Of a stretch of DNA of 64,000 nucleotides, positions 1 through 13,436 are shown piece after piece (position 1 is the stretch's first letter; every line of letters begins with the position of its first letter). The position numbers were made by a program, and so were the translations under genes. Source of the DNA: the human T2T-CHM13v2.0 reference genome, Homo sapiens; assembly GCF_009914755.1 (NCBI RefSeq), contig NC_060947.1; one strand, given 5' to 3'. Under the pieces are notes generated by a model. That model did no database searches. It worked only from the letters and a program-made list of their open reading frames with translations, and was not told where the DNA came from.

Positions 1-19
1 ATAACTTGATGGATTAAAA

Positions 20-130
20 CTAGAGAGCAGAAGACTTGAATTCTAGCCCTAATTCTGTGGCTAACTTGCATGTAACTTTGGGAAGATCCCCTTCCTCTCT
101 CTGATCTCACTTCTGTAATCCACCAAATGA
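20..130 (+). mobile_element. MIR SINE fragment
   Basis: Degenerate MIR core: acttgaattctagccctaattctg...gtaactttgggaagatcccttcctctctctgatctcacttc. Confidence 0.6.
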
Positions 131-284
131 ATGTGTGTGTGTGTGGTGGGGCTAGGGGTTGGATGTTAGGTAGTCTCTAAGGATCCTGTCAGTCTATGAC
201 CTTTGATGCCATCTACTTTCTATCTGAGTGTTATTTTTAAAAACCCAAAACTAATCTGACCCAAATATTAAAAAAATTGAAAGC

Positions 285-1830
285 TGGACTCTGCTTCTGG
301 CCATGAAAGAATAAGAGACAGGATTTACCCTTTTATCTTAAACAACTAAAAAAGTGGACAACATACATAAAATAATAGTTGTTAGACATTGGAAAATAGA
401 CAGTACAGCACAGTGATCTTCAAGAAAAGAGAAACAAATGAGGTGAGCCCTACAATTGCCTCCGTTTACTACCTAGAGAGAATTTCCAGTCCTCTGTGCA
501 GGAAGAAAGAATCCAGGCTGAGCCTGGAAGTCCGCCTAAATTTAGGAGACAAAGTTCAGAATTCAAGGAGGTGAGGGTGGGCAGAATTTGCAGAGCAAGG
601 TGCCAGAGGGGCACTGCACAGAAAGAGTACTCCGGAACTCTGTAAAAGATTTCCCTCAAGGCTGAATACTGATCAGCACATGCATGTAAAGTATGCAAGG
701 TTGGGATAGAACCACTCAAAAGGAGTAGGAGGAGTGATTTGTAGAGCTCACACAAGACTGGGAATAGCTCAGTTTCCCAGTAGTCAGAGAGAAGAGACTT
801 CATAAGATACAGTGCATCAGACTAAGTGCTCAGAGGAGGATTGCCTCAGTAGTGGAGCCAAACTAGCCTTAGTGTCAAGTATGCTCTGATCCCACATATG
901 AAAGCTTAAAAACAGGCCCCGGTGTGTGATGTTCCCCTTCCTGTTGTGGGGTGGGGGGAGGGGGGAGGGATAGCATTAGGAGATATACCTAATGTTAAAT
1001 GACGAGTTAATGGGTGCAGCACACCAACATGGCACATGTATACATATGTAACAAACCTGCACGTTGTGCACATGTACCCTAAAACTTAAAGTATAATAAA
1101 AAAAAGAAAGCTTAAAAACAAGTTTTGAAAATATCAAACTGTTTGCAAGTGGCTTTACTGCACCGAGAGCAAGATTCAACAATAAGTAAAGGAATACAAT
1201 AATATTTAAAGGAGCACCCAATAAGCTAAAATTTGCAAAATGTGAAATCCAATAAAAGATTATAAGGCATGCAAGGTAAGAAAATATACTCCTAATGAGA
1301 AGAGAAATTTTTAAATAGAAACAGACCCAGATGATAGAATTAGTAAACATGGATATTAAAATGGCTTTTAAAATATAATTCATATGTTCAAGAATGTAGA
1401 GGAAAGTATGGGCATGTAAAAGCGAGACATGGAAAATATAAAAATATAAAACAGACTCAAATCTTACTTCTAGAGGTAAAAAAATACGTTTGGTATAGAA
1501 AATACACTGAATGACATTATTAGCATGCTAGACACTGCAGAAGAGATTAGTGAACTTGAAGACACAGTAATAGAAACTGTGCAAAATGAAACAGAAAGAA
1601 CAAAGATAGAAGTAAATAAGAAGAGCAACAGTGAGCTGTGGGATAACTTGAAGTATCCTAATATATGTTAATTGGAGTCCCAGAAATAAGTAGGGAGGCA
1701 GAAACATTATTTGAGGAAACAATGACTGAAACATTTCCAAATGTAATGGGAATATAAACCCACAAATTCAAAAACCTCAACAAAACTCAAGCAAAAGAAA
1801 TATGAAGAAAACCATGCCAGGCCACATCGT
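285..1830 (+). mobile_element. Old L1M 5'UTR/ORF1 remnant, interrupted by a small L1PA insertion
   Basis: A-rich degenerate L1 ORF1-like sequence (gaagagattagtgaacttgaagacacagtaatagaaact...gagctgtgggataac...attggagtcccaga); no intact ORF. Confidence 0.7.
915..1105 (+). mobile_element. Truncated, 5'-inverted L1PA3-like 3' end
   Basis: L1PA 3'UTR with G-tract and poly(A); about 30 bp inverted at the 5' side; perfect 15-bp TSD gaaagcttaaaaaca at 900-914 and 1106-1120. Confidence 0.95.
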
Positions 1831-1864
1831 AATGCTTGTAGTTTCTTTGTAAATCCTCACTATA

Positions 1865-2470
1865 TTTTTGGCAAGGATTTGGAGAAACTATAACTCTCAT
1901 ACACTGATTTTTGAAATGGAAAATAGTATAACCACACTAAAAAAGTTTGGCCAGTTTTAAAAAGTGGTAATCATCTACCTACCATATGACTCTGTCCATG
2001 TGAAGATGTACATGAATGTTTATAACACTTTCATTTGTAACAGATAAAAACTAGAAATCAGCCTAATGTCCATCGACAAGTGAATGGAATATCCATACAT
2101 TGGGATAATATTCAGCCAAAAAAGACAATAAGTTATTGATGTACACAAGAAGGATGAATCTCAAAATAATTATGCAGAATGAGAGAAACTAGACAAAAAA
2201 GAGTACATACTGTATGATTCCATTTATGTAAAATTACAGAAATTCAAACTAATCTAATGTGACATAAGGCAAATCAGTAGTTGCCTTGAGATGAGCGAAA
2301 AGAGAGCGGGAGGAAGATAAATTACAGAGGGTCATAAAGAATCTTCTTGGGGTGATAAAAGTGTTCATTATCTTGATTGGGATGATGGCTTTTTTGGTTT
2401 ATACCTATTTCAAAACTCATCAAACTGCACTCTTTAGATGTGTGCAGTTTTATCTACTTTTCTTAAACCC
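1865..2470 (+). mobile_element. Old L1M (MC/ME-type) ORF2 end and 3'UTR remnant
   Basis: Matches L1M 3' motifs ggatgaatctcaaaataattatgc and gagtacatactgtatgattccattt, plus aaatcagtagttgcct. Confidence 0.75.
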
Positions 2471-2935
2471 AAATAAAACTGTAAGAAAATAATCACTGGG
2501 GGAAAAAAAAATCCCAAAGCCAATGATTTACATGTCCAGGATCCTGTTCCTGGTATTAGAACACTGGCTTTTCCGTGAGAGGACCATAGGCCACCGATCA
2601 CATCTGTCTTGGCTCTCATCAGTCTACTCTGCGTTCCAGCACAGTACTATTGTGTTGTAGTAATCAGCATCCTTTTTCCATTTTCATTCTGTGATGGGAA
2701 CGCAATGTGAGCTCATCTCAAGTACTTGCAAAATTTTGGTCATTACCTCATGGCAGATAATAGCTCCCAGTTACTCAATATTTACCCTTCACCTAGTACC
2801 TGACCTCTCCCTGCTCATTTAATGACTGCTGTGAGATAGATGCTCTCATCGTTAGCCTTGTTTTATGAATGGGGAACCAAGGATCAGAATGGAGTAATGG
2901 TTTACATAGAGCCACTCAGGAACACAGAAGGCTAG

Positions 2936-3360
<425 letters not shown>

Positions 3361-4337
3361 TAAATGTATCCCTGGAAAGGAATTTTATACTCCTTGTCTC
3401 ATCTCATTCTCCAACAATTTTGAGAGGTGGTTAATGTTAATATTCCTTATTTTATAGATGAGAAAACTTTGGTTAGATAAGCTAAATAATTTGCTCAAAG
3501 CCACCCCAATAGTGTGTGGTTGACTTCAGAGCCCACTCTTTGTAGCTGCTTTGCTTACTGTCACCTCCAGGTCCATGGCAAGAAAGCCTTAAACGCGCTC
3601 ATCTCAGAACTATGCTTGATCTTCTCCCATCTAGTTGCCCAGAGGCTCAAGAATTTCACAACATAACTTTGGTGTGGTATCAGGTGCTGGGAGCATTGGA
3701 ATGGCCTACCTTGTTCTACAACATATATTTCTTGAATGGAGGGATTGGATGGTTAGAACTGACATATTGCTAATCAGTATTAATTATTCAAAGTATCAAA
3801 CACTGCAAACCTCCCATGGCTCTGTGTTAAATATCAGGGACTACAGGGTTTTAGAAGGCTCATTTATATATTGTTTGTCATTGAGTTAGGATGTTCGGAA
3901 GTTTGACTTCATAAAACAGTACAAGAACTGAGATTGATGGCAGTTACGAATCAGGAGAGTGCCCTGGAGCCAGTGAGTTAACCAGAGAAAGGTGATTCAT
4001 CAAGTGTGCTCAGGTGCTTTGCTTGAACTGTTGGTATTGTTTGTTGGCTGTAGAGATCTTGCCAAAATGCCTCAAAATGGAGACTACGGAAAATAGGATT
4101 ATGTTTCCACATTTAGGCAAATATTTCTGCCATGCTCAGATATTAGCATTAGAGGTGGAAAAATCAATCTGTCTAAGCCAAACTAGAATGGCCACATAAG
4201 TTTTGAGTTTTTGCTCAGAGGAATGCAAAGGGTGAATTGTGAATAGTGCTGCTTTGAACATTCATATATAAGTTTTTGCACTTTTCTAGAAGATACTCAT
4301 GTGAAATTCTTCAGAAAGACTGGTCTGTGGTCACAGC

Positions 4338-4720
4338 AGCATTGTGCCTGGAGACGGTCCATACCAGTTGGTGAGAGCTGATTGTTACATTTTCAGGAAT
4401 TTTGCAAGCAATTGTTAAAATGTGAATGATATAAAATTGTAGTTAAATAAATTACATTAAAAGAAGGTAATAAATACTCAAAACATATCACTTCTTAATA
4501 TTTTTATCGCCTTTTATTACTATGTGTGATCTTGTGGTGCAAATAATCTACAACAGTGAGCTTCTACATATTTCTTCCCAGCTCCACGTTCACCAATAGC
4601 ACATTGGTTGCTTGACATTGGCCATGGGAATATTTTCACCATGAAAAGCATCCAACACTACAAGTCAGGACTTTTTGTCATCTGAGAGTCAGATGTTAAA
4701 CATTTACCAACACATCGCTG
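4338..4720. mobile_element. MER63-like hAT DNA-transposon MITE
   Basis: Degenerate terminal inverted repeats (cagcattgtgcctgg / ccaacacatcgctg); internal gagagctgattgttacattttcaggaattttgc resembles the MER63 consensus as I recall it. Confidence 0.65.
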
Positions 4721-4736
4721 TCTGTAGAGCACTTTA

Positions 4737-5814
4737 TTTTTGTTTATATACAGTATTGAGACATCATCCACATGCCATACAATTCATCCCTTTAAACTGT
4801 ACAATTCAACTGACTTTAGTATAATTACAGATAGGTGGAATCATCACTAAAGTCAATTTTAGAACATTTTCACAATCTCAAAAAGAAACTCCTTACCCTT
4901 CAGCTAATGGTCCCCTATCATCCCACACCCATCAGCCCCCAGCAATCACTTATCCTTTCTGTCTCCATGGATTTTCTTTTTCTGGCCATTTTATAGAAAT
5001 GGAACCACACAGCATGTGGTCCCTTATTCCTTACTTTATTACTCTATTTTTTATTTTTTTGAGACAGTGTCTCACTGTCGCCCAGGCTGGAGTGCAGTGG
5101 TGCGGTCTCAGCTCACCACAAGCACCGTCTCCTGGGTTCAAAAGATCCTCCTACCTCAGCTTCCTGAGTAGCTGGGATTATAGGTGTGTGCTGCCATGCC
5201 CGGCTAATTTTTTTTTTTTGTTTTTTTTTTTTTTTTGTAGAGACGGGATTTCGCTATGATTCCCCAGGCCAGTCTCGAACTTCTGAGCTCAAATCGATCT
5301 GCCTGCCTCAGCCTCCCAAAATGCTAGGATTATAGGCCTGAGCCACCGCGCCTGGCCTCATTGTACAGATATGCCTCCTTTTGCTTATGTATTCATCAAT
5401 TGATGAACATTTGGGATGTTTCTACCTTTTGGCTATTGCGAATGGTGCTGCTTTGAACATTCATATATGAATTTTTGCTTGAACACCTGTTTTCAATTCT
5501 TCTGAGTATATGCCTAAGAGTGGAATTGCTTGCTCATATGGTGATTCTGTTTAACTGATTGAGGATCTGCCAAATTGTTTCCCACATTTTATATGCCCAC
5601 CTGCAATGTATGGGGGTTCCAACTTCTCCACAGCCTCACCAACACTTGTTGGTTTCCACTTTTTAATATTATAGCCATCCTAATGGATGTGTAGTGGAGT
5701 CATATTGTGGTTTTGATTTTCATTTCCATACTGACCAATGATGTCAAGCATTTTTTCATGTGTGTGTTGCCATTTGTGCATCTTCTCTGGAGAAATATCT
5801 ATTCAGATCCTTTG
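4737..5814 (-). mobile_element. L1MB-type 3' fragment, interrupted by AluJ
   Basis: Antisense L1 3'UTR/ORF2-end motifs; 13-bp TSD gtagagcacttta at 4724-4736 and 5815-5827. Confidence 0.85.
5047..5357 (-). mobile_element. AluJ
   Basis: Diverged dimeric Alu in antisense with J-type ends (gatcctcctacctcagc, ctgagctcaa). Confidence 0.9.
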
Positions 5815-5819
5815 GTAGA

Positions 5820-5995
5820 GCACTTTAAAAATATTTCTCATCCTCATAGCAACCTCGCAAAGTGTGTGTCCTGATTCCCATCTTACAGTTGACGCAACTG
5901 AGACTCAGAGGTGAAGACACTTGCTTAACTTGTACATAGCTAGAAAAGGAGCTGGGATTTGAATATATCTGACATGGCAACCCATGATCCCTCCA
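5820..5995 (-). mobile_element. MIR
   Basis: Antisense core: cccatcttacagttgacgcaactgagactcagaggtgaagacacttgc. Confidence 0.7.
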
Positions 5996-7761
5996 TTACG
6001 TCCACTGTTTCCAAGACCCTTGGTCTGTCTGCTGATGCTTAAAGGCTGATAATCTCATCCAGGGACTGTGGTCTTGAACAAAGTGTTCTGGCCTGGGTTC
6101 TAATCCTGGTTCTGGCTCTAGATCTTCATATCCTCATCTCTCAAGGGAGGAGTCTGAGCTGGATGACCTCTATATTACTCAGTTGATCTAATAGCAAAAT
6201 TTGCCCTTTCATTTTTTGATGCAGATGTCCTGAGGATTTGTACAAAGGAGGCTTGATTGCTTGGTGTGTTATTTTGAATGGTTAATGGGATTCTTTTTCT
6301 CAGTGCGTTATGTTACACTTGCCTACACTGATGCTCACCTGCTACTTTCCAGCCCACTCACACAGCTTCTCAGCATCTTCCTGCAGTTTAATCTAAAGAG
6401 CTTAACATGCTACTACCCAGAAAGGTTGGGTGTTGCCTGGAAACCTGAAGTTTTTACTAGACTTATTCTCTTCCACATAATTTTTGAGTAAGTCAAATAA
6501 GACATATCTCTCCACCAGTCTTTGATGGGAGGCCATAGTGTCTACACTTCTCTCCCTAGAGAAGATCAGGTTTATTCCTCTGTTCCCTGTCCCTATGCCT
6601 GTTGCTTATTCATGATACAACCACACCTCAATCCCATAGTGATTTGGCACTATGTTTTCATGGTCCCTTTTTTATTTATGTGTGTTTTCACCATTTAAAA
6701 CTTTTTGATAGATAGGTCATGCATGACTACCACTTGTGTAAAATGTTGTCCAAGTGGTCATTGAGCCCATCTTTTGTTACAAAAATCACGTGTTTGCAAG
6801 CATGTACCCTAGAGTCTCTTTAGAAACCTATCTTATGAATGGAACTCATATTGGCAAGGTTCCAGTCTTTGTCATGTGGGCCCTCGGTAAGGACAAGCTG
6901 TATCTATTGACCTAGTTTCATGAGAATATTTTAGCCCTCAGTCTTAGTGAAGGGTGCATATTTAGGCTATTCTTTAGGCCTTGGACATCCACAGCATTTG
7001 CCCCTATCTGGTTCAGTGCATGGACAATTTCAATGAGCTGTGAGAAATGGACATCCCAGTGATATCCAGTTTGGTATCCATTCACTTCCTGGCCTGCCAA
7101 GCAGAGCCGCTTTCCCAGCTGTTGATTTTTCCCACTGATGGATTGTCTTGCTGGCATTCTCCCTAGACTACCTCAATGGGCTCTAAGCTTTGGCTTTCAG
7201 GTACCTTGCCTGGTTCTTCTCCAGTTCCATTGGTGTTCCCTGATTTTTAGTTTGCCTCTGACTTTCTATTTGTGGGGAGTGTCTATGTTCCCTCTGCTTG
7301 AGCTCCTTTCACACTGCTCATCTGTCTCACTTGGCTATTTAGTTGCTCAAACATGATTGTTTCCACGTTTCTGGGATTTTGGACTCTCGGCATACCCTGG
7401 ATTGTCTATAAGATGTTTTTTTAAAACTGTCTACAGGCCTCTTGTGGTTATTGACTCGTTTGTTTAACTCTTTCTTTCAAATTCTTTCCTAATGTTTACA
7501 TTTGGTCAAGGTTCTATTTGCTAGAATGAAGTAAATAAGCATGTGGTGGATTTCTTTGGCTTTCCCTTTCCCACTGGGTTGCTGGCCCTGGTTGTGCTGG
7601 GATCAGCATTTTTGAGGACTTTATTCACAATTAACCTGATGAGTACTGATCATAGGCCTCCATATTCCATAGGAGCCCAGGAAGAGGATGGATAAAGCCA
7701 GTGGGTGCTTTGAGATCATCTATGGTGTTCGAGAATCTGGCTTTTAGCCTGTCTCAGTCAC

Positions 7762-8134
7762 TGCCTTAGTCAGTTTAGGCTACTATTGAAAAGCACCATA
7801 GACTGGGAGACTTATAAGCAACAGAAATCCATCTCTCACAGTTCTGGAGGCTAGAAGTCTGAGATCCCAGTGCCAGCATGGCAGAGCTCTGGGGAGGATT
7901 CTCTTCTGGGTTGCAGACCTCTGTCTTCTTTTTGTATCCTTACATGGTGGGAAGAGAGATAGAGAGCTTTCTGGGGTCTCTTTTATAAGAACACTAAACC
8001 TATTCATGAGGGCCTAACCCTCATGATCTAATGACCTCCAAATGACCTCCTAATGACCTTCTCATACCATCACATTGGGGATTAGGATTTCAACACATGA
8101 ACTTCGGGGAAACACAAACATTCAGTCTGTACGA
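7762..8134 (-). mobile_element. MLT1A-type MaLR solo LTR
   Basis: Antisense MLT1 motifs: ttagtcagtttaggct...ctcacagttctggaggctagaagtctgagatc...ggatttcaacacatgaacttcggggaaacacaaacattcagtc. Confidence 0.9.
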
Positions 8135-8632
8135 TAGAAGGTAGGTCCTTTTCCTTCTCTGGATTCAATTCAGTTTCCTCATTTTAATGAAGGATCTGGC
8201 TTACGGGAGGGATGGGGATGTAGAAATGTGGTCTCAGTGGTTCGGTGTGCATCACCGCCTTGTTAATGTTCATTATTGCCCATAAGTAAGGAGTTAGATT
8301 CAGATTGACTCAGCCCTCGGCAACATTTTTGAACCCCTCCAGTATCTGAAACCTGAGCTCTGGATTCATATCTGGGTTGGTGCCTGGGACTATCTGGCTG
8401 TGGAGAAAAGGGTCCTAAAGTTCCCAGTTCCACCACGCCAGCCCTGTACTCTGGCTCTCTAACTTTTTCCACAATGCGCTGGGAAGCACTGCTGACCAAG
8501 CTTAGAGTTTCTTGAGAATAGTGATTTTTGCCTTTTTAGTTTATGTTTGGATTAGGGACTTTTTTGGGAAGATGATACAAGCTAGGAACTCTAACTATAG
8601 AAAAGTGGGCATAGCATACGTGCATGCGGATG

Positions 8633-8653
8633 CACACACACACACACACACAC
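8633..8653. repeat. (CA)n microsatellite
   Basis: About 10 CA units seen directly. Confidence 0.9.
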
Positions 8654-10074
8654 TCAATTGCAAGGGGTTCATGGACCTATGAAGGCAATCCATAGAGTCT
8701 GGAGTCCAGGGACGCTGGTTAGAAACCCTTGCTCTAGAAGATGGCTCCTAGCCTGTGCTGATCTCAGTGGCCTCCCCAGCAGCTTGGTTATACTCTGACT
8801 TCATGGACTAGAACAAGTGTGGTTGATCAACAAACCACCAGAATTGATCCAGAGCCTTGATTGTTTCTGGAAGGAGCCATTGGCTTTTGGACACTAATTC
8901 TATAGCTGAAAAGTTATACTAAGCCATACCAACAATTAAAAAGGAGAGGGAATGAGGGCCAAACGAGCAGATTCTCACAGCCTCTCAGGCCAAGGAGCTT
9001 TCTCTGGTGGAAGGATTCCTGGTGGACATGGAATGGCTGGCAAGTGCTTCTGTCATTGGCAAATTGGAAGGAGATTCCACTGCTTTCTATTATAACCCCC
9101 AAAATCTATTTAAAAACAGCCAAGTGAACAGTAAGATAAATGCTTATTTGAGGGGGAAGTATGTTGAAATGCAAAGTGGCAGTCTGAATAAGGGTGAAAT
9201 GAATAGACTTAGAAAGCCAGTGGCCTACAAAAGAAGTGAGCCTAAGAAAAAATAAATAATAGAGGAGAGGGAATGTTCTTAGGGGGAACCTCTCTTGCCC
9301 TGGTATCTTATTTCTTGATGGAGATGTCATGATTTCCTGTGGGTGCCATGGAGCTGTGGGAGAAATGTGAGAGGGATGTTGGGATCCAGAGAGTGGAAAT
9401 TTGAAGGAGTGGGCAAAAAGCACTGAGGTGTTGTGTGGTGTAGGCAGATCATCTTTAATATAACTGGGCTTGGTCCATTTTGCAACAGAATGTCCTTTCT
9501 AAAGGCTAAGCTGAGTTGACTGCTGGATGGACACACCACCTTGAACAATTATGGAGAGTGACGATCTAAGACATGGAGCTTGTGAAAGAGCTTTGGCTAG
9601 TCTGGTACCATTAGAGAAAAGCTCCTTTGGAGACAGTAGGCAGAGGAAGAGGGGGGTCAGCTAATTGAAATTAATTGTGTCAGCCTTGGGCATCTACTTG
9701 GCATCATGAATTTACTCTTGGTATTGGCCCATCCCAAGAGCAGGAGTGACAGCTGTAGTGTAATTGTGACAGGAGGAGTCCTACTTTTCCAGTCATGTAT
9801 TCAGGTGGGACACACCAATGGGGCTTGGAGGCTGAATAGCTTTCTTTGCTCAGATGTAGCTCTTTCCTTGCCTAGGGCAACATGCTGTTTCTGTGGGTGG
9901 CTGTGGATGCGCTCGTGGGGAAATAACCCCAGGAACGGTTTAATATCAATCACTTCGGAGGTGGCGGGGGTGAACTGCTGCTAATGATCCACTCACTATC
10001 ACTTACTTGCCACTCCACAAGTAGGCAGACTCAGGTCTGCTCCTTTTGAAGTTTTTGTTTTTTAAAAAATTATA

Positions 10075-10212
10075 TGGTTTTTTTTTTCTTTTTATGAGAT
10101 GGGATCTCGCTATGTTGGTCAGGTTGGTCTTGAACTCCTGGCCTCAAGCAGTCCTCCCGCCTTGGCCTCTCAAAGTGCTAGGATTGCAGGTGTGAGCCAC
10201 CATGCTCAGCCT
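10075..10212 (-). mobile_element. FLAM/Alu left monomer
   Basis: Single antisense left arm (gagatgggatctcgctatgttgg...gagccaccatgctcagcc); flanking gaagttttt repeat may be a TSD. Confidence 0.9.
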
Positions 10213-10814
10213 AGAAGTTTTTTTTTTCTTCCTTTCTTTCTTCTTAGACCTCTCTTAGCATCTTTGCTATCCAATACTGGCTGGGGACACTTTCCATCAC
10301 TTTTGTTCGCTCTTGTTTCGCAGGTGATGCTCTCAGTCTCAGATTCAACTGCTGGAGCCATGTCCAGCAGAGGCATTTCCAGAAATGATATGGCTCATTT
10401 TATGATCCATGGATGGTAGGGATGGTAGGAATAGGGGCTATATGGGGCATACTAATGTCTGCTGTGCTTAACTTTTGGTTTTAGATGAAATAGCCAATTC
10501 CATAGCTATCTACTCAGGAAACTGGGGTCACATCATTGTTTGTGAGTTTTGTTTTTGATTTTGGTGTGGGCTGTTTGGATCAGAAATGGACATCTGGTTC
10601 CTACCTAGGCTGGCACCAAGGGTTTTGCCTAACAGTGGCCTTGGCATTTGGGCTAGAGAATGCCAAGAGGCTTGGTCAGTTGGTTGTGGGAAGGCAATGG
10701 GCAGGAGATGTAGAGATATCATGAGAGGCACATGAGGGGGAGAAACAGAGAAGCAGGCCTCCAGAGAAGACTTAGTTCCTGACGACTTTCAACTTCCAAG
10801 CCCCTCATCTCAGT

Positions 10815-12090
10815 TTTTAATTTTTATTTTTTATTGTTGAAATTTTCAAGCATACGCAAAATTAAAGACAATAGCTTAACAAACCCCATGTTCTTATCAC
10901 CCAGCTTAAGTGATTACTGACTCATGGGCAATCTCGTTTCATTTAATTCCCACCCACTCCTCCTATCCTCTGGAGCACTAAAAGCAAAACAGCTTTATTG
11001 AGACATAATTTGCATACTATAAAATTCACCCCTTCTAAGTGTAAAACTCAATGTCTTTTAGTAACTTTACAGAGCTGCACAAATATCACCACAATTCGGT
11101 TTTAGAATATTTTTATCGTGTTGAAAAGATTCCCTGTGTCCATTTTCCTTCACTCCCATTCCCATCCTGAGACCCTGGCAACCACATATCTGCTCTCTGT
11201 CTCTACAGATTTACCTTTTCTGGGCATTTTACATGAAATGGAATAATACAACATGTAATCTTGTGCATCTAGCTTCTTACACTTAGCATAATGTTTTTGA
11301 GGTACATCTACATTATAGAATTTATCAACGCTTCATTCTTTTTTATGGCTGAATAATTCATTGTATGGATATACCACATTTTGTCTATCCATTCACCAGT
11401 TGATGAACATTTATGTTGTTTCTACTTTTTGGCTATTATGAACAATGTTATTATAAATATTCACTTCTAGAGCAGTTTGAAGCAAACCCCAGATATCATA
11501 TCATTTCATCTGTGAATACTGCAGTATGTACCTTTACATTAAACACAGCAGTCTTTTAAAAAGCCAAACACAACACCATTATCACATGTGAAATAATTAA
11601 TAATAAATCTTTAATGTCATAAACAATCCAATGAATGTTAAAATTTCCAATTATCTCTTAAATGCTGTAGGATTTTTTGTTTTACAGTTGGTTAGAACCA
11701 GGATCGAAATAAGCTCTACATATTGTGATTGGTTGATATGTATTTTAAGCATTTTTTATCTATATGTTCCCCTTCCTCCATCTCTCTCTCTCTCTTTATC
11801 CAATCTATTTGTTGAAGAAATGAGACCATTTGTTCTGTAGAGTTTCCCATATTCTGGATCTTGCTAATTGCATGTCTGTGATGTCTTTTACTGTGTTCCT
11901 CTGTCAGTTGTATTTCCTGTAAATTGGTAGTTGGGTTAAGGCTTGATGAGATTCACATTTGCCTTCTGGCAAGACTCCTTCAGAAATGGTGATATGTGCA
12001 ACGGTGTCATCATGAGATGCATGATGTCTGGTCATCTCTCTTTTTGTGATGTTAGCAGCTACTGGGCATCATTGACTAGATTCTTTCATT
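10815..12090 (-). mobile_element. Old L1ME 3' remnant with a nested L1MB-like fragment (~10985-11465)
   Basis: Antisense L1 3'UTR motifs (cagctttattgagacataatttgcatac...cttagcataatgtttttgagg) inside an older L1ME-like sequence. Confidence 0.7.
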
Positions 12091-12385
12091 CACGAGGTGG
12101 ACCCTTTCTGAATGCAGCCTGAATGAGACTTTCTGTCCCTTTCAATCCAAAGGACCTAACTAGCCTGAGGAACTCATGTTTAAGCCGAGGTAGCAGCTCA
12201 GCATTGGTTCGGGGTGCTGGTGAGGGGTGCAGAGGGGAGGATCTGGAAACTCTGGACTGGTGGGAGGATCTGGAAACTCCATCATCATGACATCTGTGCA
12301 TATGTGTGTGTTTTGGATGGAGCTACTTGGGTGGTAAGCATGGTCTAGCAAGGAGTCCCGCCCCTCCAGTTCTTGGGTTCTGTAA

Positions 12386-12751
<366 letters not shown>

Positions 12752-13091
12752 TAACTTCCCTCAGTCTCCTCAGTTATTGGATCCCGTAAAATCCATACGC
12801 CTTGTTGCTTTCTGACTTTCCAATGTCTCTTCTCCACATCATCCCCTCCACACTGTGCCTTTTATCTTCTTGTTTCCTCATTAATCCTCCCTTACTCCCC
12901 CTCATTCATTACCCATCTTTCCATTTCTTACCAGTAACAGCCAGTTTGGGTACTGCATTATGCGGGAGTTGGGGGGTATCTAGCCCAGCAGGTCTGATTG
13001 CTACAGAACAGGCTAAGCACATTCTAGCAACTGATGGAGAAGATGGGAATCTGCTGGATGACAGTGTTTCCTTTTAACATTACTTTGTATT

Positions 13092-13436
<345 letters not shown>

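Noticed and set aside
9007-9255. 82-aa ORF with a plausible composition and basic C-terminus
   Set aside because: No recognisable family, GTG start and no supporting exon context.
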